DNA from: Marsupella aquatica
Lineage: Eukaryota; Plantae; Marchantiophyta
Assembly: GCA_973895155.1 (NCBI GenBank)
Contig: OZ316892.1
Location: 6,679,251-6,743,250 of the forward strand
Direction: 5' to 3'
DNA: 64,000 bases
Numbering within the stretch: position 1 is the first letter of the stretch; each line of letters begins with the position of its first letter. The translations under genes and the position numbers were made by a program. Positions 24,588 to 38,593 of the stretch are shown one piece after another. The notes beneath the pieces are model-generated. The model ran no database searches and had not been told where the DNA came from. It was given only the letters and a program-made list of their open reading frames with translations.

Positions 24588-25523
24588 ATCCACTCTCTGA
24601 CTTTGGTACCCCTGCTGTTTGTTATTTGATGTTTTTCATCTTTTTTTACAGTTCCCAGGTAACTATGACTGATTTTGTTGGCCTTGCGTCTACACAAAAG
24701 ATTATGCTTGTTTGTTATTGCAAATGTTGACACTTCTGTTTGTGACTGAAATTGATGATGTGGCCGCATGTGGTGCCAGGGAATTTGGAAAGCACTTCCC
24801 ATGGGAGTCTGTAAATAAATGCAAGGGTAATTAGTGGTCAAGAAAGCTCTAAATCTACATACAAATGGACACCCTAACAATGTCAACAATATAATTACCT
24901 GCCTCCCACCACTTGGTCCTCTTCCTTGCATACCTTCGCATTTTGGGGTTGCAAAATTCCATCTACCCAAATGAAATAACTTTCAAATAAGTCCAATGAT
25001 TATGCTATTGTGTAAGCATCCATCTCAAGTGCCTGACTAAAACAAGGCTGGGCAAGTAATGACCAGACTGGACTTTTGGACAATTTCTGAAATAAATCAA
25101 ATTATTGCAAGTCCAAACCCATAATGATATTGCGTTAATCAGTTAACACACATTTGTAGTGTCATTGATTGGAAAAATACATAGTCATGTCTACAATCTC
25201 AATTTGCACATGTTGATTTAACTTGTATTATGCTTTTTATTTAAAAATAAAACCGATATGTATGGTTTTCATGTTGTCTATCATAATTATGAAGTCATTA
25301 TATATATTATTGCGTAACGCTTGTTATTTGACTTGTATTTCAGAAAAATTACTGAGATAATTCAATGACTATGCACAATAAATTGCCAGACTTAGCAAGT
25401 TAGAAACTAAAATTACAAGTGTATCACAATAACCATCCTCAACATCCCACTGTAAGACAATGATCTCACTTTTTCTTTGACTCCTCAACTTATATGTTAT
25501 ATTTTGAACATTAAACCTTCCAA

Positions 25524-26045
25524 CTACACTGTTCACCATAATTGGTCTTATTTTGGAATTAGTGTTAATGGATAATTAATGTTGGTTATCTTAATTTAAA
25601 AGCTGGGCAGGTTTGAATAGAACATAACACTAAATGTGGTGTGTATTTGGGCTAAGACTATGTAGCGTTGGAATTCAGTGAACTACAGTAGAGCAATTCA
25701 ATTTTGTCTAGTCCTACCCCTGGTTTGTGCTGACGTTGTTTGGCAAGTAATGTAGCCCTGTTGAGACTTTGTTCCCCAACAGTAATTTTTCTTTTTCAAG
25801 TGATCTTGGGTTCATGAGACACAGTCATTCTCTTCAATTCCCTAGCCATTTGAGGTGAGGGAGCAATGCCATTTTTACCTTTACTCTACAATTAGTATGT
25901 ATTACCTTTACTCTCCAAATAGTGTTATGCAAAAACAGGAATTAGTATTACACTATTAGTGTTAGTCCATAATTGAAATTCATATTGTTGGAATTTCAAA
26001 ATACACAAATAGTATTACCAAGACTAATTGTGGTGAACAGCGTGG
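25524..26045. mobile_element. MITE-like element (about 520 bp, AT-rich) with about 26-bp imperfect TIRs
   Basis: Left CTACACTGTTCACCATAATTGGTCTT; right end reverse complement CCACGCTGTTCACCACAATTAGTCTT; a related terminus at about 60005-60040 (-). No TSD recognisable. Confidence 0.55.
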
Positions 26046-27049
26046 ATCTATTTTCATTTAAAATTAAGACACCCTATGGGGTGTAACTTCAATCAATCAT
26101 CCCCACACCTTGCAGTGTGTACCCTAATAGGTGAACCTCACACTCTGGAGGGTGTAGTCTCGATCAATCAATCAATTTAAGCCATGCAGGATGTTGACTC
26201 AACCAATGGACCTCACACCCCATGGGGGGGGGGGGGGGGGATAGGCTCACACCCTGTGGGGTGTAGCTTGAATGCATGGATAGTCCTTGTATCATAAAGG
26301 GCGTAGCTTGAATTTCACACCCTTATACCCTGCATACTGTAGCTTCAATAGGAAGAATGTTTGGTCATCAGAAAACCTGACTAGTAATAATTTTGCCCAA
26401 AGGAAAGTGTTTGAGCACACTTTTCTGTTGGAGATCCCACTTATGACCTTCAATGGGGCCTTCAATAAGCTTCATATAGAGGACCTCACACCCCAAGGGT
26501 TGAAAGGTATCCCCAAACCCCATTGACTCAGCTGAATTGGGAAAACAAAATAACCCTCATACCCCTAGGCCTTCAGAAGAGTATTCTTGGATGTTCCATT
26601 TATCAGAAAATATTAGTCAGTTGGAAAATACTTTTCCGCCACTTTCAGCTGGAGCTGGGGACCTTATGCCCCTTGGGTTGTAGGTTGCTGCCAAACCATT
26701 ACTATATTCATATGAAAATGGACACAAACGAACCTTCCATTCAAGTTATTTTGTACATTTGAATATTATTGTGAAGCTGCATGCCAGTGTAGGGTTTAGG
26801 GAACATCAGTTTTACAGAGAACTCAGTGAAAAACTAATGGAAGATCAGTCTTACAGAAAACTCACTGAAAAACCAACTTGCAACTATCCGGATATTTAGC
26901 ACATCACAAAAGACCCCCCCACCCCCACTCCATGGGCCTTGAGGTCTTGAATGTACACCTATGTCACTACAGGTATGCAAGTGCTCAAACTATCTAAAAC
27001 ATTACTGACCTTGGTAGCAAAACGCTCTTTCTCATATTATAGTTGTGAT

Positions 27050-30000
27050 CTATGATTGTGTGTGTGCCTATCAAAAAATGACTTCAAAGAATGTTGTTTC
27101 AAAATCAAGAGCAAACTGAGTTTGACAATCAACAAGATGGCACTGATGGAAATCTCTCAGGAAAAGGAGATGGACTTAACATCTGAAAATGCAAGCGCCG
27201 TTACCAACAAAAAGACAAATAACTTGGGCACCTGGGCAGCGGCATTTCACAACAAAAGCTTGCTATTATGTCTTTTAGAAAGAACACTTTTCATTTGGTT
27301 ACAGATGCCAAAGTGATCCACTGCATGTTTAGGAGAAATCTCCCCTCAGAGGATTTTCAGAAAGCTTTCATAATTCTATGTCAAGAGATCACAACCAAAA
27401 TCACTACTGAATGTCTATCCTAGCATAGTTGGATTGACATCTTCAAGTGTCTTTCACAATTCTTACTTTCGGAAATCCATCAGCATGTGGCCCTGAATTC
27501 TCTCACCTGTTAAGATGAGGGAATCTTCAAGCTATTTTTCACCTTTAGATCCTTAGGACTGACAAATATCCACTCCACTGGCATGGCAAAAGATGATAGA
27601 AGTATAATCCCTGGGTTCTATATGAGTTTTTCTTGCAACAAAAAGTTGATCCAAGTCACCGTAGGTAATTTTCATTGATAAAGAGCTTGACATTCTTGTA
27701 TGTTGTTATCCGCCAAAAATCCAGAAATGATAACTATCTTTGATATCCAACTTATAGGGCACCGGTTGTAATGGTGTGCCATAGTGGTGGACCTTGCCAC
27801 CCAACGCCCTCACCAATCCCAGGACCCTAAGTGCCCCTGGTGCCCGAACGCCTCCACGGAGTACCTCGAGCAAGCAACCTAGTGCCCCTTGCACCACCAG
27901 CGGCCCCTCCCATACGAAGCCGCACTTGTTCTCCCACACGACCGCTACTCAACGGTCCTCACTGTTTGCACAAGCACCCAAACGTCTCACTAAGTAACCC
28001 TTCTGGATCTAGATTTCCCAAGTCTAGCATCCTAACTCAAGCTCAATAGCAATGGTAAGTAGGTCAGCGATAGGTCCTCCCAATACCATAAGCCAGAACC
28101 AGAACAACTCCTTCCTTGGGCGTAGCCCAGGTTCCCCCTTGTACCCATCCATCATCAACTGACCGCCCTACCCCCAGGACATGCTCATGGCCCAATTAGC
28201 ATAGCTTGTCCCTACACGCCGGGACCAGAATGACCCCGACTTTAGCAACCAACTCTCGATTCTCGCCCCACTGATGGTCTAGGGGCTAAGTGCCCTTGGA
28301 GCTCAACCTCCATGCCTACTTGGCCTTGCCTCCCCAACGCAAGCTCTCTTGAGAGACTGAACGTGGCTTGGTTGCTATTTCGGCAAGATTTGGCAAGCGG
28401 GCGAGATAGCACCCGTAAACCTCGAGAACCTACAGTGCCCCCAGACCCAGCTGAGCTCAGGAGGATGTAGCCCTCCTCGAGATCTTTCTAACGCACCCAA
28501 GAAGTTCCCCAATGGATTTCTCGTTGGGAAGTTATTATCGTTTCCGTTTGGCGTTTTCCCTTAGTGTCGCGACTTCTGCGGCTCACGACTTCGGCTCGCC
28601 CTTAGCCCCCAGGGAGGCACCACTCCCCTCATATATGCTTCTGGAGACCTGCCACCTCCGGACCAACTTTAGTCCCCAAACTTTTGGCCCCCAACCTGGA
28701 CCCTATCCCGCATGTCTGGGCACACCACCAACTGGCAACGCCCATAACTTCTTGGTAAGCGTCCGCAAGCGGGGTGTCTTAGCCCGTTGCGATCGGGCCA
28801 ACCCAGTGCTCATGCCTAGGCCCTCAGATCTCATCACCGCTCGGGGCCCCCAATCGGCCAAACCCGAATCGGGCCGTAACTCGCGCCCCAAGTGTTCGTT
28901 GCCCATGGCGTCAACTCCATTGGCCTTGGGCCCAAGAGGAGCTCTCACTCAATCCCTTAGAACTCAAAGTCCGTCCGGGGGTCTGAACGGTCGTCCTTGA
29001 GCCCAACCCTTTTTCCCTCGACCCGACCAGCTCTCAGCTAGTCTAAGTCCTAATTGCGTGACACCAGCTTGGCGCCTTGCCTTTGCCAGCGCCATGTCCC
29101 ATTGCCCACAAGTCTCCCCATGCTAAGTCCTCCCCGGATGGCCTATCCGGGCCTGGACCATAAGGGAGCTCGGCGTTGGAGTTAGCGACGCCGGAGCTAA
29201 GTGTTAAGGTAGTCGAGTTCTACGACTGCCATTTTCCTTATAAAATTTGATGTTTCACATGATTTGGAGCTAGATGGCATCACTCAATTGCAACTTCAAA
29301 GATGGTAGTTTTGAATATGTTGAGATTGTGGTAAGATTTAGGAAAGCTACTCAACAACTTGTTCACCTTGTCCCTTGTTGATTATCTTTGCACGATTGGT
29401 TGTCAAGTCATGGTCTTTCCCGGGGCTCTTTCTTACCAACGGAGATTATTTGGTGCAAGGTTGATGTATTATAAGATACTCCGTCCATCCTTGGCTTGTG
29501 ATGATGGTAGATAGTTTCTCCTCCTGACGGATCAGACCTATTGTGGAGTTGACAACAGGAAGTCATAAACTTTTTGTTGTGAGAAAACCTCATATTGTGT
29601 CTAAACAAACGTACTGAAGTAGCAGTTTTGTTGCAGTCTCTTGATACAACATCAGGAAACACTCTGAAAAAGTCCTTCAACTCGACATTTCTCCTACATA
29701 TACATTCAATCACTTCAGTATCCACAGCCAACTGAAATCCTATCTTTTTGGAAAATAGGAGCATCAATGAGATTACCACAGGCTAAGGTGTTGGAGGAGG
29801 TTTGAGAAGCCCTAGTAAAGCAAGTGCACTTTTTTTAATTTATCATGAGGAAAATTATATTGTGGAGGAATGAGTTACAAGTAGAGAGTCACTCATTGAA
29901 TATTTGAATCATATAATTAGAGATACTTTGGGTGTAGATGGACAGTATCAGTCCAAAGATAGGGATGAGGTGGTGATGTATATCAAAATGGAAATACCAT

Positions 30001-30250
30001 GTTCATTTGGCATACTGCAATGTTGCATGTAAGTTGGAGGCACAAATAGCTTACATGGGGCCTCAAAAAAATAAGCCAAGTGAACCATTTTAACCCATGT
30101 ATTGATATTGCAAATGACCTTTTTTGGTTGTGACCACACAATAAGGACCTGGATACCTTTGTACTTATCTCGGACACTGATGAGTGATGTCAAGGAATGA
30201 GGTCTTAACAATGACAACCAAATTGAGTAGGACATGAGATAGTTTTGACC
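27050..30250 (-). mobile_element. Decayed putative CxC-KDZ (Kyakuja/Dileera/Zisupton-like) transposase, split by a GC-rich insert at about 27704-29227
   Basis: Minus-strand fragments in a plausible order: TWVKMVHLAYFFEAPCKLFVPPTYMQHC (CxC-like), FQLAVDTEVIECI, then after the insert TSIIFCHASG...SKGEK and QWITLASVTK.KVFFLKDIIA; many stops and frameshifts. Confidence 0.3.
27704..29227. mobile_element. GC/C-rich insertion (about 1.5 kb), possibly LTR-retrotransposon-derived
   Basis: Abrupt compositional shift relative to AT-rich flanks that appear to be two halves of one decayed ORF; begins TGTTATCC, but no clean terminal CA or TSD. Confidence 0.3.
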
Positions 30251-30259
30251 TGTCATGCC

Positions 30260-32050
30260 AAATGTCAACCAGAATGCCAAGCAAGAGCGATTGCATCTCT
30301 CATTCCTTTTGCCTGAGTTTTTCATGGGATGTGTGCCCCCCTTGTTCTACCTCGACTCTCTCAGCCCAAGGTCCTATTCGACCATTTTTGTTGTTGGAAT
30401 CTGGCACCTGGCAAGGGGACGCTCTTGGTGGAGCTTTATTTGTGATGGGTCATCTTTGGGTGATCCGGGCTTCTTTGGCTGCCATTGGGCAATCAGTTGT
30501 GGATCCAGGCTTCTTCGGTGCATATGCCCAATTGGTTGCCATGGGTGATATTCAAAATCAGTCCCCTATCTTCTTTGGATAGTCCCCCCCATGGAGATGT
30601 TTTTATCACTACTTTCTTCATTCGACACCAACGGCATGGGGGGTCTTTGGTCACCTTATCGCCCCGGGAGCCTTTGATGGAGATGCTGCTCAATAGGCCA
30701 TGTTGCCACCTTCGCATGGGGTGTCTTCTTGTGTCTTCCTGTGTGCCCCTTGTGCGTTTCTTGGTTGTTGAGCACAGGTGGCCAATACCTTGGTATCTCA
30801 TTTTCCTGTGGACCTCTGGCGTACCCTCTCCAACTCTGTCATGGGAGTGGAGAATGGCGCTCTCCAGTTTCAGGCCTAGCTCCGCAACACACAGTCTATA
30901 CTAGACGAAGAGCTGTGAAACATGGCCCTTGCTTTTGAGTGAGTTGTTTGGAGAGTCCAGACAAAGTTCAATAGGTAATTTCAGACCGCAAGGATCAACA
31001 CACCCTTTCTAGCATGCTTTGCGATGCACCTTGGATTTGGTTCATGCTTGTCTTCAATCCGGTTCTGACTTTGGTTTTGCACCTTGGCTTTTGGCGAGTC
31101 CTTTGTGGGCCCCATTTTGTATGAGTGTTTCATCTTCATTGCATCCAAGCGCCTACGGCTTGGTCTCCCTACGCTTGCCTGTTGGGCCAACCCATGTGTG
31201 TTTGCAGAGGCCTCTAGACGATGGGGGGAGGGGAGTCCACATTCTTTGGTGCGGTCATGGTAGCGAGAAGACTTCTACCCACAATGGCATTAGAGATGTG
31301 GTGGCTGCCATAGCTCGTGACTTGGCTTCCCCATGTTTCATGGAGAAGCAACATGTTTTCCTGCCCCGGGATGGTGTACTTGTGCTGACACTGTTTTCTC
31401 GCATGCTGGAGTTTGGGCCCCGGATAGAGCACAAGGGTTGGGCCCTTAGGGTTGTGGTTCTAGTTGACTCTACCAGTGGGACCAATGTTGCAGCCGCCAG
31501 TCATGTACCAAGCCACACTGTCGTGAGGGTCGCACAATTGAAGGAGTAGGCTTCCACTGTGCATTACCACAACAATCTATTCTATCCCTTCACTATGGAG
31601 GTTTTAGGGGCCCCACACCTGACCTTGTAGCGTTTTTTACAATCATGTGTGGTTCTTTATGTTGAACAGAGGCCTTATCCACCTAGGTCCATTATCACAA
31701 CCACTTTTCCACAACACATATCTGTTACACTCCATCAGGCTCAAGCATCTACTATTTGTTGTAGGGGTGAGGCGGTTGGTTCTATGGCAGCTAGTCAGGT
31801 TCTTTTGTGAGACCCCTCTTCTGTTAGAACCCCCGTGCAGTTCACCCCGAAGCTCTACTAGGTTCTGCAGTTTGTCCACAGATAGAGTCTTAGGCACTTT
31901 GTCCTTTGTTGGTTTAGTGGTTGGCTTTTGCTCTGGTTTTTTCGGATTTCAAGACTCCTTTGTTTCCTCCCATTGATTTGGGTCTTTTGCCTGTGGGATC
32001 ATCTCCTGTTTGGGAGCCCCTTGTTCTTTTGCAGTTTGTTATATATAAGT
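30260..32050 (+). mobile_element. Truncated, decayed non-LTR retrotransposon of the RLE (CRE/NeSL-like) type
   Basis: RT motif ESGTWQGDALGGALFVMGH (GxxQGDPL-like, about 30400-30455); C-terminal zinc-knuckle/RLE region PLDDGGRGVHILWCGHGSEKTSTHNGIRDVVAAIARD (about 31210-31320) followed by a VVVLVDST-like motif; T-rich 3' UTR-like tail. Confidence 0.7.
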
Positions 32051-32599
32051 GTAGTGTCCTACATGTTATGCCAGCTCGGCCTAAAGCTCCCCTGAAAGAT
32101 ATGTACAATTTATTCCAGGATGAACCTGCACGATCCATGTGCCAAGTATTAGAAAAATGCTTCCTCGTCCCAAGGCTAATTTCAGAGAGGTTAAGTATCT
32201 GCACTCCTGGTCCGCTAGACAAGCTTTGTTTGCATCACTGTAAATTGGCTCTGTTTACCTGCAAAATACTCTGCATTTCTCCACATCGCGAAGTGAAGGC
32301 CTTACAAATAAAGAATAATGAAGCAGTCTGCGCTGTACTAGATAGTTCATCTTTGCAATAAGATCCGCAATGTCATGCCCTCTAATGCTTGAGTTTATTA
32401 GCAAGCAACGACCTACCAAAGTTCACATCGTCCAATGCACTGTGCTTACATTTAGTCTCAACATAAGCTTGATACATCCAATTCACTTCTAATAAAGAAA
32501 GACGAATTCAACCCATTCACTCATGTTTTTTTCATCTCTTCACCTGTGTTCAACGAGCAGCGACGAGGGGTACCGTTTGGAATGGGTGAATTTGATAGA

Positions 32600-34172
32600 G
32601 TTAATTTGCTTTGAAATTGTGGCAACGATTCACCCTTCCAAATATTGAAAATTCTCAACTCTTCTATCTGTGCTCCAGAAGACAACTTGCTTAACTAATT
32701 CAGCACGGCAGTTTGCATGTTTGGATGGCGATGGTCCATGATAGAGTAAAAAACTAAACGTAAGAAGCATGAAAAAGCGTAATGAGACACTAAAATCAAA
32801 TTTCTGTCATTTCATTGAATGACCAGTCACCTTTGCCTGGGTAGCAATGCCAGTAGGTCGGTGAAGGCCGTGAAGCTTCTTGAGGTTTTTTCATTCGCCA
32901 GCAAATTGAAAAATGTTTCGCATCGTCCACCATATTGGAACTCGAACCCTCTCCTGAAGAGCTTCTGGTACAACTACCAGCCCATTGTATCCACCCTTCA
33001 CAACACGACCACATCACAAAATTCAGCAATACGAGAAATACCAATGTTTCTTCCAGAATGTGGTTTCATGTCCTAGACTAGTGACCTTGCCTCCCGGGGA
33101 ATATCTGGAGTGAACAGAAATTTTAGGGTTGCTCCGAGGTATACTATCGAATGCCCCTAGAGTCTCAATTGTTCCATGCCAACCAAAGCGGCAGACATGT
33201 TCAATTAATGATTATTTTGCTACCAAGACTGAGCGTTGCATTGCTGGAAGACTTGCAAAGCCCAAATACTTCCAAAACATCTAGCCATATACGATTCAGG
33301 AGGTCGAATCCGGGAAAATGGTTTGCTGTCCCGGTGTATTTAACGAAGCCAATGTTGAGCTCAGTCACTGTTTCAGGCAGCGGAGCAAGAAAGACAAATG
33401 GAGAAATAAGTCGGTGGCACAGCTCAGCGTTTCTGCTTTGACTGAAATTTAAGAAGTCTACTGTGAGGAAATGAGAACTTGACCACCATGCAGTGCTAAG
33501 TGAGGTTGACAGGCGGCGTACCCATTTGGTCCGAAGATATTCTGCCAGACCAGCAATCTGCCATGTGCCGTATCTTTTGCAGAGATTATCGAACTGAAAA
33601 TTCAGCATTGCCGCATCGGTACTCAAGGTTGTGGAGTACGCCAATAAAGGGCTCTTGGCATTGATGAAATGAGTAGCCCATCCACAAAAGGAATCCTCCT
33701 ATGAGGGGTCGCGTAGACGAAAATACTCTTCACCCTTCCATGACATTGTTGACAGTAGAGTTGCTTTCTGAATCTCGGATCGAGATTGCTGTTTGATGGG
33801 ACGCATGCACGCATACTTCTTTGATGACCAAACCTCCAAAGCTGTTCCCAACCGAATAACTGGGCAGTGAGGATCTTGTCCAAATTTCTGTTGTCATAGA
33901 TCGACAAGAGGTTTTCAGCTGCCATGAAGAGGCACCGTTCCATGTCTACTACTTCGTTTAAGTAGGCATTGTATGAAACAGAGAAAATGTGTGCCGCTGG
34001 AAACTCCGCCGCCAACCAGGTTCTAGACAAAATGCAAGAGCCATCCCCAGATCTCCAAGTTGAGAGGTGTTACATCATCGTAATCACCATCACCAAGTTG
34101 GAACCCATGATAGAACAAAAGCTGCATTTTGGGCTTGCCTGGTGCCAAAAACTCGTATAGCGACTGGTTCTG
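32600..34172 (-). pseudogene. Pseudogenised alpha/beta-hydrolase (SERAC1-like) domain gene resembling liverwort hydrolase-NLRs (HNL), with possible LRR remnant and no visible NB-ARC
   Basis: Across frameshifts: QLLFYHGFQLGDGDY / HLSTWRSGDGSCILSRTWLAAEFPAAHIFSVSYNA / AAENLL / GQDPHCPVI.VGNSFGGLVIKEVCVHA (GxSxGG elbow) / VKSIFVYATPH / LSTDAAMLN...WQIAGLAEYLRTKW. Strong acceptor at 34173 and donor TGG|GTACGC at 33521. Downstream LRR-like bits (NLKKLHGL, IEELRIFNI) are weak. Confidence 0.7.
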
Positions 34173-34980
34173 CTGAGACAGAGAATAAGACCGAGAAAAC
34201 CGACAGTGAGTCAAAATCCACCACTCATCCTTAAGCCATTCCCATGAGAATGGGAGAAGCAATACGACCTTTTTCTAAAGACACTCATGATCTCATGATT
34301 CGAGCCTAGAATTCTTCCTTTCAACCGTTCTGGCAAATATTTAGTCCTGTACTAAGTAGAGGAACCTATTGACAAGGCATTTCAACAGTGTGCAAGAAGA
34401 GGGGCATCGGTATCCCACGTGCTCGCGCTATGGTTTCCAGACGAACGTCTGTGCGAGCCTAGAGAGAAGCTTCAAGGCCAGGACTGCCACGAGATATTTG
34501 AGAAAATCCCTTGCGAGGTGGCACAACTTTGCAACTTACTGTGTTACCCGTTTGGATACTGGGAATGACGGGGGTCCTCAAAAGAAAAAATTGTTGAATG
34601 CCTCAACCACGAACACTTTCACCGAAAAGGCAGCTGAATTGAGCTGTCAAGGTTTCAAGAGAATCTCTCCGGTGGAACCCCACGAGTCGATGACTGCTGC
34701 ACCAAGAAAGTATCGCAATACATCATTTAGGACTGAAACATCGTGGACGATTATTAGATGACGGCCAAATCGCCAGCAAAGACTACTGAAGTGCAATTGA
34801 ACATGAGGTAAAAGAACGGTGATAAACTGAATGAGAGTAGAACGTTCCAGTAGCTCAAACTAATGTTGGACAAGGTTGGAAAGACGATGGAGTCAAAATT
34901 AGGGTGCAGCTGCTCTTTAACGAAATAAAAATTAGCTCGCAGATCGGAGGCGATGGCTAATTCAATACTGTGCCCCTCAC

Positions 34981-35676
<696 letters not shown>

Positions 35677-35777
35677 CTACTGTTGCAGCATACGCGTTCA
35701 TACAGAGCCAGCATATGGAGTAAGGCAGAGAGGGGAGGGGAGAGGCCCAACGCTGTTCACTTATCTATCACATCAAC

Positions 35778-35991
35778 ATGCTAAATTTACACATGGGTAA
35801 GCTGCTCCATGCTGTTACCTGGAGGCCAATCTTAGATGGAGTGAATGCTAAATATACACATAGGTAAGCTGCTCCATGCTGTCACCTGCAGGCTAATCTT
35901 AGATGGCGTGAATGCTAAATATACACATAGGTAAGCTGCTCCATGCTATTTACCTGGAGGCTAATCACCTGGAGGCTAATCTTAGATGGAG
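35778..35991. repeat. 67-bp tandem repeat (3 copies)
   Basis: ATGCTAAAT.TACACAT.GGTAAGCTGCTCCATGCT...ACCTGGAGGCTAATCTTAGATGG at 35778, 35845, 35912. Confidence 0.9.
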
Positions 35992-36984
35992 GGAACTTGA
36001 CATCCAAAGTAACCTAATTTTGGTCAGCATGTAGATAAGGCCTTGCTCATTCTAAGAACTACTAGAAACTACGAGTGAACCACACATCGACTCCAACAAA
36101 TCAAACAGAATGGTGGAAACTGACCATATTTTACCAGTCGACGTCCAAACATCCTACCTTCCACACCCGAAACCCTGCTACCCTCCACAAAAGAAACCTT
36201 GCTGAAACTTTTTGCAGGGAAAATAATTCTACCACCTTCCTCTGGGCGATGGCAATGGAATGGCTCAATTAAACCCACGAGGGACGAACAGGGCTAGACA
36301 CTACAGGATCACATTCAGATTTATTGTTTCTGTTGCGGTTGTTCTTTCATTCGGCCGCGAAACTTGATTGGATGAATGGATGCCCAAGATGTGATAATGA
36401 GTATTTGAAGGAAAACCCTTCCCCAGCTTCTTCCCTAAGCGTCACTGCAATTCACCTGAATCGCCACCCAAACCCATGCGATTCCAACATGCAAGAGAAG
36501 AACTATTCACTTCCGCAAGGACAATCCCATCCCCATCACGATGTGTGTTTCCAAGTGTCAAGTTGCCTGATTGCAGCCTGTACGCTGACGTCCAGAGTTC
36601 CAGCGCGCCGTCGCCAACTCGCACACACAGGAGCAAAACGCTCTCGACGAACTCGAAAGGATGGATTGTGCAGCACTTTCTACACTAGTATGGAAACAAA
36701 GTTCGCGTTCGAGCTAATCGATGCTGCATCCAAAACCACCCCGTCGAACACATTAGTTCGACGACGCGTGACATGGGCCTCCTCGCTCCGAGGAAAGCTC
36801 TAAAGTACAGAGACAGCAGCCACACCTTCTCTCCGATTGTTGATACATCAGTACTGTCGACTGCTGACCTCAACTGAATTGAACATTGCGCTGAAGCTGC
36901 TTATATTACATGAGAGATTAACATGTGCATTTTTTGGTGGCCCAGTTGATGTTCAGAGTCATTTGCAGCATCTAGAGTGAATTA

Positions 36985-37410
36985 GGATCTCACAGGAAAA
37001 TCTAGATTAAATAAGCTGGAAATCTTCCGGTAGTCTCAATCACCTCGGGCAAACTGAGATTAAACGAAAACGTCATTCAAAGCATCTACAGTAGAGTGAC
37101 CTTTGATCACACAGGAAGTTCTAGATTAGATCAGCTGGAAATCTTCCATTAGTTCTCCTGGCCAGTAGTCTCAATCACCTGGCGCAAACTGAGATTACAC
37201 GAAATCGCCATTCAAATCATCAACAGTGAACTCAAAGCATCGACAGCGAGCTCAAATTATCGAGAGTGAACTACGGTTACACCGGAAGTTCTAGATTAAA
37301 TCAGCTGGAAATCTTCTAATAGTTGTCCTAGTTGGTTGTCTCAATCACAGAGGACAGACTGAGATTACACGAAAACCTATTAGATTATCAGCAAGAGCTG
37401 AAATCTTCTG
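36985..37410. repeat. Degenerate tandem repeat, 3 full copies plus a partial, unit 120-170 bp
   Basis: GGAA.TTCTAGATTA.AT.AGCTGGAAATCTTC...GTCTCAATCAC...ACTGAGATTA.ACGAAA at about 36991, 37111, 37281, partial at 37380. Confidence 0.85.
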
Positions 37411-37446
37411 GGTTACAGCTCAGTGTGCTCCTTTCATGGAATGCAT

Positions 37447-37529
37447 CTCAGGGAAATTTGTGAACGTTTGTCTTCTCAGGGAAATTTGTGAACGTTTGTC
37501 TTCTTAGGGAAATTTGTGAATGTTTGTCT
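37447..37529. repeat. 28-bp tandem repeat (3 copies)
   Basis: CTCAGGGAAATTTGTGAACGTTTGTCTT at 37447, 37475, 37503. Confidence 0.9.
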
Positions 37530-38471
37530 AAACGGGGTGATCGAAGATAAATCCATCCTGCTGGCTGGTTAGCGTTTCTTACAATGCAGCCCCTCGCCAT
37601 GGAGCTAAAGCATTGACCGACTCTGAAACGCCGACATATCCGCACAACAACTCTGCATCTTATCGGAGGGCAGATCCCAAACCTGGGTTTTACTAGAGTG
37701 CCCCCTTTTTTGTTCAAAACACTTCACTTGCAATCTATAGGTTTGCAATCCATAGGTTTTGTTTTTTTCACTTGGAATTTTTTTGTGTCATTTTATTAAT
37801 TTGCTAAAATCCCACTAATGAGGGGAAGCAAGCATAGCCACAGCAAAATGAACAACTAAATTTATGTTAAGCCTAGGGACATAAAAAGTTACTACCAAAT
37901 TCATCATAGAATAGTTTTCTGCAGTAAAGATTGACTACATGCCATGACCATAAGTCACTTCAGAGGCTAGTGGAAAAAACCAAAAACAAAATTTTACAAA
38001 ATCTTGTCAAAAAGGTATGACCATTTGTATGGGCAAAAGCCATATCCTTAAACTACGAAGCTTTGAGATGGCCTGTTGATTCTGTAACAACAGCATGGGT
38101 GAGGGGAAGTAAGTAGCACAAGAGCAAAGAAGCATAACGAAGGAACACCACCACAAGGAGGCCAGAGAGGTGTCCCAAACAGGGACCAACAGCAAACTCA
38201 TGGCGGAATCCAAACAAAGCCCAGAGGGAGGACTGCCCAGAAGGAGATAAGCAGCCTAGGCAATAACACTAAAGGGGCACCTAACTCAGGAGGGCTATCC
38301 CTAAACCTTGTGTCCCAGTTTGACATTTTTGTTCTTTTGCACTATAACACATACGTACAAAGGAAATAACTCTATTGCAGATTCTAAGCTAAACAGTTTC
38401 ATGAAGAGCAGACCAGTGGGCCAGCCATCTACTGTATGTGTTTTAGATGACAATTTTTTAAGTGTCATCTT

Positions 38472-38593
38472 TTTTAGTCAGGGCTTTAGTGACTTCAGCC
38501 TAGTTACTGCAGAAGGTCATATAGCCCTGAGGCTGAGGTCATCTCTTTTAGTCAGGGCTTTAGTGACTTCAGCCTGGTTACTGCAGAAGGTCA
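38472..38593. repeat. Direct duplication (about 47-bp core, 2 copies)
   Basis: TTTAGTCAGGGCTTTAGTGACTTCAGCCT.GTTACTGCAGAAGGTCA twice. Confidence 0.85.

Noticed and set aside
26224-26240. G17 run as a G-quadruplex regulatory site
   Set aside because: Simple homopolymer expansion inside a short-period TE-like repeat, far from any gene
27704-29227. Solo LTR call
   Set aside because: Starts TGT but ends ...ACGACT and no 4-6 bp TSD is visible, so it is kept only as an unclassified insert
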